From Candidatus Hodarchaeota archaeon (GTDB lineage: Archaea > Asgardarchaeota > Heimdallarchaeia > Hodarchaeales > Hodarchaeaceae), in the NCBI GenBank assembly GCA_016839815.1, contig JAEOTM010000043.1, positions 1 to 50,914 on the forward strand: 50,914 nt of DNA, read 5' to 3'. A model generated the notes under the pieces. It worked only from the letters and a program-made list of their open reading frames with translations. It did no database searches and had not been told where the DNA came from. The position numbers were made by a program, and so were the translations under genes. Below are positions 28,374-38,700 of the stretch, piece after piece; position 1 is the first letter of the stretch, and every line of letters begins with the position of its first letter.

Positions 28374-29321
28374 ATGAAATCAAAATACGATCTATCGATC
28401 TCGGAATTAAAATTCAATGAAATAAAGGATCATATTACGTCAATAATTATTGAAACTATGAAATTTCGCCAAACTACTGGTGGATTAGTAATTTACTCTG
28501 GCCAGATAGATTCTTATGTAACCACTAAGTTAACAATAGATGCTTTGGGATTAGAAAATGTTAATTTGGTCATCTTATCAGATGTATCAGAGAAAAGAAG
28601 GAATGAGATAATAGAGGAAGCATATGAGATATTTAGTATTCCAGAGGACAGAATTCATGCGTTTAAAATTAGACAGATTATGAATAAAATTGATGCAATT
28701 GAAGAAATTGATCCATATATTTCACCAGAATTATCTCATCAGAGAATTCATAATATTGGTCACTTACTTCTCAAATCAACGATCGCAAGAGAGCTAGTTG
28801 TGGAGAAGACTCTTTCTCTTGTTGGTTCTCCAAAGTCAGAACGAGAAAGGTTTATTGCACGTACCTTAGCATTTTCAAAGTTGAAAAAACGATTAAAAAC
28901 CCAATTAGCTTACTTGGTTGCAGAAACAGAAGATTTTCTACTAATTAATAAAACAAACAGAACTGAATGGGATTTAGGTCTGATGACAACTTGGGGGTAT
29001 GGTCATGTTGGCTCTATTATGCCGTTAGGTAATCTGTATAAAACACAAGTAATGAAATTTGCTAAAATGTTGAATGTTCCCACGAAACTCCTTGATATGA
29101 CCTTTAGTGAGATAATGCCTGGTGTTGAGAATAAATATCAATATTTGTTTGAGTTATCTTTCCTAGAAGTTGATCAAATTCTTTTACGTTTGACACATGA
29201 GCTTTCGATCCCTGAAATCGCTAAAGAATTAGGTTATAAAGAAGAGATTGTGCAGAGGATTAATAATTTTTATGCGATTGCCCAATACCTCCATAATTTA
29301 CCTGTAATACCAACTTGGTAA
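28374..29321 (+). CDS. nadE: NAD+ synthetase (NadE)-like protein, divergent
   Basis: SGQIDS PP-loop variant, NRTE...G, PLGNLYKTQV. Confidence 0.65.
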   Translation: MKSKYDLSISELKFNEIKDHITSIIIETMKFRQTTGGLVIYSGQIDSYVTTKLTIDALGLENVNLVILSDVSEKRRNEIIEEAYEIFSIPEDRIHAFKIRQIMNKIDAIEEIDPYISPELSHQRIHNIGHLLLKSTIARELVVEKTLSLVGSPKSERERFIARTLAFSKLKKRLKTQLAYLVAETEDFLLINKTNRTEWDLGLMTTWGYGHVGSIMPLGNLYKTQVMKFAKMLNVPTKLLDMTFSEIMPGVENKYQYLFELSFLEVDQILLRLTHELSIPEIAKELGYKEEIVQRINNFYAIAQYLHNLPVIPTW

Positions 29322-29352
29322 GGAATTAGCAATTTACTGGAATTGACTGAGT

Positions 29353-30066
29353 ATGGACGAAGATTTGTTTAGAAATTTCCTAAATAAGTCAGGAAGGAAA
29401 TCAAACGTTATCAAGAAGTATGTCAATTTTGTTAAAACTTTTGAAAAGTTTATTGACACACACATTCAGATAAGTCAAGGAGAAAATCTCAAAGACGCAT
29501 ATCTTGTCGAGTTTATTGAAGATTACGAAAATAAAACGAAACAGTCTGCAAGAACATTATTATATGCCTTAATGCAGTACTTCAAAGCAATAAAGAATGA
29601 ACCAATGTTTAATGCTGCGAAAAAATTAAGAGAATCACGAAAAGCGAAAAGACCCCCTTTTCCATTGAAAAATATACTAGAGGTTAATCCTCTTTATATC
29701 GAACAGCTCAACAAATCGGGAATTAAGAATGTTAATGATCTGCTTACTGTTGGAAAGACACCAAGTCAAAGAAATGATTTAGCAAAGAAAACGGAAATTC
29801 CCTCTGAAGTGATATTAGAATTAGTCAAAATTGCCGATCTTACTCGTGTTGGTTATGTTAAAGAAAAACTCACACGATTATATTATAATGCAGGTATTCA
29901 AACTCCAGAAGAATTAAGCAAATGGAAAGCAGAAGATCTTCAAAAACACTTTAAGGAATATATCAACTCTTCTGGTTGGGATGGGATGGTCCCCTACCTT
30001 TCGGATCTCAAAAGTAACATCTCTAGAGCAAAACAATTGGAATCTTGTGTTAAATATAAGGAATGA
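29353..30066 (+). CDS. DUF4332 (helix-hairpin-helix) protein with N-terminal integrase SAM-like helical domain
   Basis: C-terminal GIKNVNDLL..GKTP..R..LAKKTEI...ADLTRVGYV...LYYNAGI. Confidence 0.75.
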   Translation: MDEDLFRNFLNKSGRKSNVIKKYVNFVKTFEKFIDTHIQISQGENLKDAYLVEFIEDYENKTKQSARTLLYALMQYFKAIKNEPMFNAAKKLRESRKAKRPPFPLKNILEVNPLYIEQLNKSGIKNVNDLLTVGKTPSQRNDLAKKTEIPSEVILELVKIADLTRVGYVKEKLTRLYYNAGIQTPEELSKWKAEDLQKHFKEYINSSGWDGMVPYLSDLKSNISRAKQLESCVKYKE

Positions 30067-30153
30067 TTTATTCTCCCTTTTCTATATTCTTAAAAATTCT
30101 AGATTCTTGTTCGGAGAAAACAAACCTTAAAATGAATCTCAAACTGATGCGAT

Positions 30154-30636
30154 TTGATTCAAATGAAAGAGTCCAGAACCGAGTATGAAGAAAAGAAGCA
30201 GAAATATCGAAAAATTGGAATTGTGCTACTAGTTGCAGGACTAGTATTCATTATCTTTGGAGGATTATCAATCTTTAACGCCATGACTAGTGCTCCTGAT
30301 TGGGATAATTTCGATGCTTTCATGTCACAACAGATGGGAGGTTTTCTCATTGGAGGAGGACTGCTTATGATAGGTTTTATTTGCACAGCAATAGGGTATC
30401 AGCTATATTTTGTCACTCACATGCGAGAAATAGCTCGTTATGCTGCAGTAGAAACAGCACCTGCGGCGGAAATAATGACTGAAGCTGTTGCTAGCGGTTT
30501 ATCCAGAGGTTTATCTAAAGAGGGGGGATCACCATTTGGACAGAGTAAAGAAATCATTAAGATTAAATGTCGGAAATGTGGGTATTTAGAAACTGAAGAT
30601 GCAGATTTCTGTTCCAAATGTGGAGAAAGAATGTAG
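30154..30636 (+). CDS. Two-TM protein with C-terminal zinc ribbon
   Basis: Two TM helices; CRKCG...DADFCSKCG. Confidence 0.85.
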   Translation: MIQMKESRTEYEEKKQKYRKIGIVLLVAGLVFIIFGGLSIFNAMTSAPDWDNFDAFMSQQMGGFLIGGGLLMIGFICTAIGYQLYFVTHMREIARYAAVETAPAAEIMTEAVASGLSRGLSKEGGSPFGQSKEIIKIKCRKCGYLETEDADFCSKCGERM

Positions 30637-30687
30637 TCCTCTTTCAAATCCATAGTTCGTTTTAAAGAAAATGAGGGTGTATTCATC

Positions 30688-32157
30688 TTAATCGATGAAT
30701 ATATTACATCCTCTATTTTTCAAAATCTGGATAGAAGCTTCTACTGATTCAGTTAAGGAGGTTAACGGATTATTTTTGATATTTAGAGTCGCTAATCGTT
30801 CCAGTCTCTCAAGTCCATCAGGTAAAGTCTCTATATTATTTTCATGGAAGAATAGTCCAGTTATGTGTCCTCCATCTTGGATAAGATTTGGTGGAAAAGC
30901 ACTGATTTGATTATCATTGAATTCAAGCTGTGTAAACTGCTTGATCTTTAATATGCTTGGGGGTACGGATTTTAGCTTGTTTTTCTGAATATTTAACGTT
31001 TTTAGCTTTTGTAGAGATCCGATAGTCTCTGGTAAACTTTCCAACTCATTATTCTCTAGATCAAGCCGTTCAAGGACAAGTAGATTACCTAAACTTTCAG
31101 GTAGGAATTTTATTTGATTCTCTGACAATCTAAGCCACGTAAGAGACTTCAGGCTTCCAATTGAGTCAGGAATTGTAGACAAGTTACCTCCGTAAAGACT
31201 TAAGAACTGGAGATTGGATAACTGGCCGATAGAATCCGGTATGGATGCTATTCCCTTATTATTTCGCACATTTAACTCTTTCAAATGTTTTAAATTCCCA
31301 ATACTCTCAGGTAATGTCGTGAGCAAGTTATGTCCCAGATGAAGAAATTCTAGATATTCAAAATTTTGGATACTCTCTGGAAGAGTTGCTAATTTGAGTT
31401 CTGAGAGATCTAAACGGACGATTTTCGATCCATTATACTTCACAGTCCGATCAAAATGAGTCCGTTCACGGTCGAGGATAACCTCATATTCATCCTCCAT
31501 ATTCATTTCTTGAAGCATTGCTCTTAAATGGTCACGATCAGTAAGAGTACTGGGTGAAACTTCCTGAATTGTTGGTTTCAACCATTTCATTGTTCCTCTT
31601 AGGAGAAGAGAAATTTCATCTGAATAAAGTTGGAATGGGAATTCTATAGCCGTTTTCTTCTTATGATCATAGCTAATATATATTTTACAAGTTACACGTT
31701 CATTGAGGGGAATCACCTCATGATCATAATCTATGCATTCGAAGATGGTAACATTTCCTTCGTCTGAAGGAACGAAGAATGGAAACATGGGTTCAGCTCC
31801 TATTATTGAAGTATCTTCTTCCTCTGTTCCTTCTTCATGAACCATTTCTACTCGTCTAGAGATATCAATTTTCTTTTCAACTCCACCTGACTTGAAAGAT
31901 ATTGTTAAGTCTTTAGCCATTCCAGCTTTTGACCCTTCATTATACGTAAGTATAGGGAAGTAAAATTTGATTGCCCCATCTATCTCTTCATCACGAATCA
32001 ATCCATAATTGACAGGTTGATTGAGATTAATCACTGCTCCGCGTTGCATTTGATACCAATTATACAGAGCTAATAACGCTGCTCCAATACCAGGTAAATA
32101 TGCGGCGTATGTGAATAACTCACTTGTTAATAGATCTTGTAATATCATTCTTTGCAC
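30688..32157 (-). CDS. Membrane-anchored leucine-rich repeat protein
   Basis: N-terminal TM, beta-rich domain, then about 10 LxxLxLxxNxLxxLPxSIG-type repeats. Confidence 0.9.
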   Translation of the reverse strand: MQRMILQDLLTSELFTYAAYLPGIGAALLALYNWYQMQRGAVINLNQPVNYGLIRDEEIDGAIKFYFPILTYNEGSKAGMAKDLTISFKSGGVEKKIDISRRVEMVHEEGTEEEDTSIIGAEPMFPFFVPSDEGNVTIFECIDYDHEVIPLNERVTCKIYISYDHKKKTAIEFPFQLYSDEISLLLRGTMKWLKPTIQEVSPSTLTDRDHLRAMLQEMNMEDEYEVILDRERTHFDRTVKYNGSKIVRLDLSELKLATLPESIQNFEYLEFLHLGHNLLTTLPESIGNLKHLKELNVRNNKGIASIPDSIGQLSNLQFLSLYGGNLSTIPDSIGSLKSLTWLRLSENQIKFLPESLGNLLVLERLDLENNELESLPETIGSLQKLKTLNIQKNKLKSVPPSILKIKQFTQLEFNDNQISAFPPNLIQDGGHITGLFFHENNIETLPDGLERLERLATLNIKNNPLTSLTESVEASIQILKNRGCNIFID

Positions 32158-32408
32158 CTAGGAAAACGAAAAAGATTTTGACGGTCTTACTCCCTCCTTG
32201 TTTATAAGATATTTGGATCCCCTGAAGATTGAGAAGTATATCAAGTAACCAAGAAGTCATATCTGAAATCGTTGCTTCATTATGTAGTTGCCTTGTAGCA
32301 AATCTGTGGAGAGATTATTTAATTACTTATTTTATAACAGTGTGGTAAGTGTGAATAATTTGGATATCAAAGTGTTTTCTTTTGGTAGACCGAACTTTCC
32401 GAAGGATT

Positions 32409-32726
32409 CTAATCAGATTTCCTGGTTTTATTACTAGTCGGAATAAAATACCCGGAGATTAGATCATAATATTTCTGAAGTGCAATTACACCTTTTTTTG
32501 TGGATCCAAAATTAACCATTCCGAATTCATTTATCTCCTCGAGCAATTCTCGGGCAAGTAAAAACTCAAGAGATTGATTTAAAGTTCTAGATTTTAATCC
32601 CAAGTGATTTTTTAACCATGTTTTAGTTCTAGGACGAGTACAAGCTTCAATAATTTCCGACCAGATTTCGAATTTCGTTCGTCTATGGGAAGAGAATCTG
32701 GTCTTTGTCACGTCATAAAGCTCCAA
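32409..32726 (-). CDS. Winged helix-turn-helix protein (archaeal HTH_45-like)
   Basis: RRTKFEIWSEII...KTWL...L..LLARELL...TKKG. Confidence 0.8.
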   Translation of the reverse strand: MELYDVTKTRFSSHRRTKFEIWSEIIEACTRPRTKTWLKNHLGLKSRTLNQSLEFLLARELLEEINEFGMVNFGSTKKGVIALQKYYDLISGYFIPTSNKTRKSD

Positions 32727-32728
32727 AT

Positions 32729-33418
32729 TTAGCCTAGTTGTTCAATATCTTCGGCCCAATGATCAAGTTCCAAATATATATTAAGCCAGCGGTTTACTTT
32801 TCGCTGGATACCAAATGTTGTGAAAATTATAAAGAAAAATGAAACTATAATACAGGAAAAAGAAGCAACGAAGTATAAGTCTGTTAAAAAATCAGGATTA
32901 TAGTTGATAGTGAGAAGGAAAATCAGCAAAATTGCCAAACCAAGCGCTCCATTAATGACGGTGTTCCTTATTAGCATTTTCCTTATTGCAGCCTTCATCC
33001 TTGCAGTTGTAACATGTGAATCATATTTTGCTGAAGTAATAAAATTTAATAGAAAAAACAGATCATTGACGTAAGTAGTTAAACCACTCTTGAGCTGGTT
33101 TCTTCCTTCATCCGTATTGAGATCCTTGATTCTGTTTAAGGTTATATTGATTTGATTCAAGAATGGCCATAAATTTTTTAGAAACAATCCTCCGAGAAAG
33201 ATAAGAATCAAGACTCCTGATAAGTATGGCGCTCGTTCTAAACCATCCCTTTGTAAGATTGTTACTAGAGTAAATTGGATAAGTGAGGCGATAAATAAAG
33301 CTCCACTAATAAAATAGACAAGAAACATACGATTACTGCTTTGGATATGGAGTATTAATAGGTTCTGCTTTTCAGTTAGTTCCTGAATTGGATTCCGAAT
33401 CTCATTCTGATTTACCAT
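32729..33418 (-). CDS. Hypothetical four-TM membrane protein
   Basis: Two pairs of TM helices; 2 nt from the downstream wHTH gene. Confidence 0.75.
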   Translation of the reverse strand: MVNQNEIRNPIQELTEKQNLLILHIQSSNRMFLVYFISGALFIASLIQFTLVTILQRDGLERAPYLSGVLILIFLGGLFLKNLWPFLNQINITLNRIKDLNTDEGRNQLKSGLTTYVNDLFFLLNFITSAKYDSHVTTARMKAAIRKMLIRNTVINGALGLAILLIFLLTINYNPDFLTDLYFVASFSCIIVSFFFIIFTTFGIQRKVNRWLNIYLELDHWAEDIEQLG

Positions 33419-33626
33419 CTAATACACTGAAAGGTACTAGTTTATAGCGATTTATATATTGCTAGGGACCAGAGTTCCTTTGTTATTAAATACTAACCAA
33501 TTTCTCTCAATATTTTTTCCTATGCTTTTCGTATTTTTGTCAGTAAATACTCTGGATCCCCCTTGTGAGGAAGAAGAAGAAGAAGAGTATTAGAGTTATT
33601 CCTCGTAATTCTTTTTATCGTTCTTC

Positions 33627-33824
33627 TTACCACCATTTAGGTTGAATTATTGGTCTCTTGTTTGATGGAGGGTTGAGTCGAAGTTTATTGGTAAGAATTT
33701 TGAAGAAAGCTCTTAGTATTGCTGACCAAGAGAGATCTAAGTCTAAATTGGGGAGCCAATTATCATAATTACCTCCATTTTGAGATTGAATCGTAAAGTT
33801 CATCTCGTAACTTTTTTTTTCCAT
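33627..33824 (-). CDS. Small hypothetical protein (about 65 aa)
   Basis: ATG at 33824 after AGGTGA; MEKKSYEM...SWSAILRAFFKIL...PKWW. Confidence 0.45.
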   Translation of the reverse strand: MEKKSYEMNFTIQSQNGGNYDNWLPNLDLDLSWSAILRAFFKILTNKLRLNPPSNKRPIIQPKWW

Positions 33825-33947
33825 CTTTTCATCACCTTTTAGTCTTAATTTTCCATAGAAAACATTATAAACTCCCTTCAGTGGTATATAAACGAATTTT
33901 CGACAGAAATTACCTAACAACTAGTTGAAAGTAGAAAGAGAATCAGG

Positions 33948-34829
33948 ATGTCCTTCGAACTTTTAAGTAATTTACAAGAATTTCTGACAAAGGCTAAGCT
34001 CTCGACTTACTGTGTTAACGCCTTTCTGTCTCTTCAGAATTCTAAGGAATTAACTGCTAAAGATCTTTCTAAAATGTCTAATGTCCCGATAGGAAGGATC
34101 TATGAAGTATTAGATGAGCTAGAAAATAAGTACATGATACAAGTAAATGATTCCCGCCCCAAGACGTATAGTACAGTTCCTTTAAATCGCGCGATATATA
34201 ATTTAATTATCCACCAGACAAAAGAGGATGAGAGACGATCATCTTATCTTTACGAGCAAGCAAGAGAATTAGAATCTAAATTATATAGCTCAAAAGCAAC
34301 TCTGAAGATTGAACCATCCGAAATTTTTTACTCGACAATATTAGAGCCAAAGCGGATTGGAAAAACACTTATCAAATCAATATACGAATCTCGAGAAGAA
34401 GTTTTGCTAACAGGATTCATAAATGAACATTCTGTAAAATTACTAACTCTTGCAACAAAATTGATTGATAGCATTAATGACGCTCTCGATAGGGGAGTTC
34501 ATGTAAAATCACTGCTAACATTTGAATACGATCATAGAATACTGTCAGAAGTTCAAAAAACAGAAATTAACAAAATTGTGAGTGTGATAAGGAAGAAATT
34601 TGCGGAAGTGGGTTTATCGATAGACCGAGAAGGTTATGAATTGAAATTCACTCTCAAACAGTTCCCGAATTCTTACGATGTTATTGACAAAGAACGAGTT
34701 TTCATGAAGTTGCAGAATCCCTCTGCAGTGTGGCAAATATTTGCTTGTTTAAATATTGTTGATCCTCCACTCGCTGTAGAACTTCGGAAAAAGTATCTAA
34801 ATATTTGGCACTTTGATAGTTTCTCCTAA
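33948..34829 (+). CDS. TrmB family transcriptional regulator
   Basis: LTAKDLSKMSNVPIGRIYEVLDEL...RPKTY HTH; C-terminal PLD-like effector domain (RGVHVK, VIDK). Confidence 0.9.
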   Translation: MSFELLSNLQEFLTKAKLSTYCVNAFLSLQNSKELTAKDLSKMSNVPIGRIYEVLDELENKYMIQVNDSRPKTYSTVPLNRAIYNLIIHQTKEDERRSSYLYEQARELESKLYSSKATLKIEPSEIFYSTILEPKRIGKTLIKSIYESREEVLLTGFINEHSVKLLTLATKLIDSINDALDRGVHVKSLLTFEYDHRILSEVQKTEINKIVSVIRKKFAEVGLSIDREGYELKFTLKQFPNSYDVIDKERVFMKLQNPSAVWQIFACLNIVDPPLAVELRKKYLNIWHFDSFS

Positions 34830-34885
34830 TAATAAAATCAAGAACAGTTTAGAAAAAAATAGGAAAGGAGGAGAATAATCTCGGT

Positions 34886-35383
34886 TTATTTAATCTCTTC
34901 CCACTTTTCAGGAGATGGAGAGCTCAGAATCCGAGCCCTTTCAGCCTCGAATTGTTCCTCTGTTAATACTTCTCGTTCTCTCAAGCTGGCTAAGCGTTCT
35001 AGCTGAGAAAGGCGATCCTTGGAACGAAAATTGCGATCAATGGCTGAGGAAATTTCTTTATCTACAATAATTGCGCCTTTCCCAATACTATAAGTAAGTA
35101 ATAATAGTAGAAAACCCACAGCTACTAAAATTAGTCCAATGACAATTAATAGAGGCGTAATTAACTCTGGATTGTCTATCAAAAACTGTGCACCTGTTCC
35201 CTCAATAGTTCCATATTCAACAATCTCTGGGTAGACTAAAGGAATCCAAGATAATGCTAGGACTACTCCACCTGAGAATGCCAAAGCTCCTCCTGTTACA
35301 CCCAATGTAAACATAAATAATCCTACAAAAAATCCTGCGATACCTCTGTACCCCACTTTTATTAAGCTTGCACTACCACTCAT
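34886..35383 (-). CDS. Membrane protein with C-terminal SHOCT domain
   Basis: TM helices followed by LERLASLREREVLTEEQFEAERARIL. Confidence 0.85.
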   Translation of the reverse strand: MSGSASLIKVGYRGIAGFFVGLFMFTLGVTGGALAFSGGVVLALSWIPLVYPEIVEYGTIEGTGAQFLIDNPELITPLLIVIGLILVAVGFLLLLLTYSIGKGAIIVDKEISSAIDRNFRSKDRLSQLERLASLREREVLTEEQFEAERARILSSPSPEKWEEIK

Positions 35384-35735
35384 ATTAATTCACACTTCGA
35401 AATTTTCTGATTAAAACAACATAATCTACTTGAGTAACTTGATCCTATTATATGCTGCTTTTGTGGCATACAATCAACAATAATTGAAGGAATTTTACTT
35501 TATGGGTTTGGTAGCTGTGAGGAGAAAAGGTGAAAGCTGTTCCAAGAAGAATAAAAGGCGTTATATGTGCTAATTCCTTTATAACTGTTCCTAGTATAAA
35601 GCTTTTCAATTAGAAGACAAATTTTATTAGTTAAATTTTCTTCGTTTGACAGTTAATATTCCCTGGGGGGATTAATAATAGGAAACTCGGAAAACTGTCC
35701 TTTACTGCTAGTGATTAGGTTAACTTCATATAGAA

Positions 35736-38700
35736 ATGAGAGTTCTAGTAAAACATCATGCGTCAATCTATCAATTAATTGGATTGAGTAGAATGGTTTT
35801 ACCTAGGCCACCTAGACCAGCATATGCAATGGTCTTTTTTGTTGTGATGATACTTGCTGTAGTTCCCTCTCTTAATTTAAAAGAATATAATGAAATAATT
35901 ACGGATTCTATACCGATTCCATCATTAACTGATCTTTCAGGAAATTCTGTTATTGAAAATAACCCGAAATCCCCTTCTTTCTCCATTCAATCCTTTCAGA
36001 CTCCAAATATTCTATTCATTGTAGATAATGAAATTTCTCTAAACCCTGATAAGGACCTCCCGTTTCTCAATTTTATGCGTGACACTCTAAACTATAATGT
36101 GACATGTCACACTGCAAATGCCTCCTATTCGTATGAAGGATATGATGCCATTGTTATTTCAAATTCAGTTAGTGAATCAGGAACTGTCGATAGTTTAATT
36201 TCTGCCCCTATCCCTATTATGACAATGCAGGCTGGACATTGTGATGAATTTCAATTAGGAAGTCAATATAGTATAAAGGGAGCAACCCAATTATATATCC
36301 TTAATAACACTCATTTTGTAAGTGAAGGTCTCAAAAATGAGTCTTTCTTTGACGTTTATTCTTCTGAAAATGACATACAGCACATTAAAGGATACAGCTC
36401 AGTACCTTTAGGCGTAGAAATCGATCTTATTGCTCTCAGAACAGATACAAAGGGGGGAATTTTTGATAGTGATGCAACGTGGGTAGCACTTGATAAAGGT
36501 AAAAGAGCATGGGATTTGTCAATAGCCCCGGAACGAAGAGTATTCTGGGGAGCTTTCTGGGGAAATACGCTCCTTATTGATGGTTGGAATTATTGGAATA
36601 GGACATTGAGTTGGCTATTATACGATGATGTACCAGGTTATGCCACTATTCAAGTCGAAGTGTCTGATCTCGATAATAATACTGTTGTAAATGCAGAAGT
36701 TAATCTTACAAATTCGTGGAATCACTCACAGTCTTGGAGTCAAAATACTTCAAGTTCTGGTTCCTGTTCGTTTATAAATATACCATTTGGATATTATAAT
36801 ATTACTGTAGAATACGAGAGTTCAATAAATAATGATTATTCTTTTCTAGAGATTGCTGGTGAGCGTACCTATCATTTGAAACCGTTTTTCCTATACTCTG
36901 TCCAAATCGGGGCTTTTATTGATGATGATCCACCAATTATAACAAATATTCAGTTTCACCCCACTAATTCTACGTTTTCTGTATCAGTTTATGATGTGAG
37001 TAATATCGATAACGTGAATCTTAGTATAACGGTTAGAGATTCTACTAATGATAGCATTTTACGAAATTCAGTTTATACAATGGTTTACTTAGCCGATCTT
37101 ACTTATATTAATGATACAGCCCTACAAGGTTTGCCTATAACTGGAATAAGTGTGGATTACAATATCACAGCGAAGGATGTAGCTGGGAATTCAATAGTCT
37201 CTGAGCCTCAATTTTTTACTCTTGGGGATGTTAGCGCACCAATAGTGTATTTTTATAATGTAACAGATAGTGGAGATGGTAGCTTAAGATTCTATGCAAA
37301 TGTCAGCGATGTAGAGAGCCTAGTGCAAGAAGTAATTCTGAGAATTAATGATACAGATGAAAATATGTATCTTAACGCCTCTGGATTTTGGATCTTAGAA
37401 AAATATGCGTATTTTGGACAGATATTGAACTATTCTATATTTTCAACCACAGATAGTGTTGGTAACGAGAATAATGATAGTATAAACCCTAAATTTGCTC
37501 TAATTACTCCTCAAGACTCTATGCAACCATTAATTTATGATGTCAGTGATACTCTCGCATCACATGATGAAGGATTGGTTATATTCACTGCGGTTGTTGA
37601 GGAATTAAATCAGTACCAGAGTGGTGTAAATGTCACAAGTGTTGCCATCATTCTTTCAATATTTAATGGGACTTGGTATAACGATTCTTTATATGAGATG
37701 ACCGCACTAGGAGAAATCACTTACGAGTTTGAGTATTCTTTCCATTACAATGATACCATAAGTTATCGGATAATTGCTACAGATTTTGCAGGGAATTTGA
37801 ATCCTGGTTATGAACATATTGGCTCAATTGATGATCATATTGCTCCCCAATTATCTTTTGATGCAAGAGAATATGGGAATGGTATCGTAGAGTTTAATTC
37901 CACTGTGAGTGACTGGCCAAATAATGCTACTGATGTTAAACTATTTTTTACTCAAGATTACTTCGGTAACTGGTTCAATGTTTCAATGTCAAATATCACT
38001 GAGAATTTATATGTAGCTCAGATAGAAGGGTTTGACTTTCGACTTCATGATGTTTGGTTTTATGCGACAGCTACAGATCAAGCAAATAATTCATATGAAC
38101 CAACCCCTGATCAATACCAAAAGGTCGATTTAACTGATCTTATAGCACCTCATATCTATTTCATTGTTGATAATTCTACATCAGTTGATGGAGAAATCTT
38201 CATTACAGCATGGGCAAATGATCCTTATGGTGACACCCCGAATATAAATAATACTTTTAAAATCAATTTTACTTTGCAAGGGCTTACCTCTCAATATGAA
38301 ATGAGTTATGATTCGTTTTACTTCTATAAATTTAATCAAATTTTTAACTACAATGATGAAGTAAATATTAAAATCTGGACAACAGATAGTGTGGGAAATA
38401 TAGGAAGTATAAATCGATCTATTATAATAGGTGATTTTTCTGCCCCAAAAATTGTAAATACAGGAATAATTGAGTATCAAAACGGTACTGCTACCTTCTG
38501 GGCGGACGTCGTTGAGTACCCAACTGGAAGTGGACTTCCCACCGAAGAATCATCCGTTAAGGTAGAATATGTGTTTGTTTCTAGCTTCAATGAAACCATG
38601 AGTAGGAATGAATCATCAAATATATACACATACACTATATCAGGATTCGTTCCTGGAAACGCATTTACTTACCGTATAAGTGCATTTGATAACACAAATA

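Noticed and set aside
29353-30066. Integrase or mobile element
   Set aside because: No R-H-R-Y catalytic residues, att sites or other mobility genes
33569-33586. (GAA)n microsatellite
   Set aside because: Short and intergenic; reads as a pyrimidine tract downstream of the minus-strand small ORF, likely a terminator-like tract
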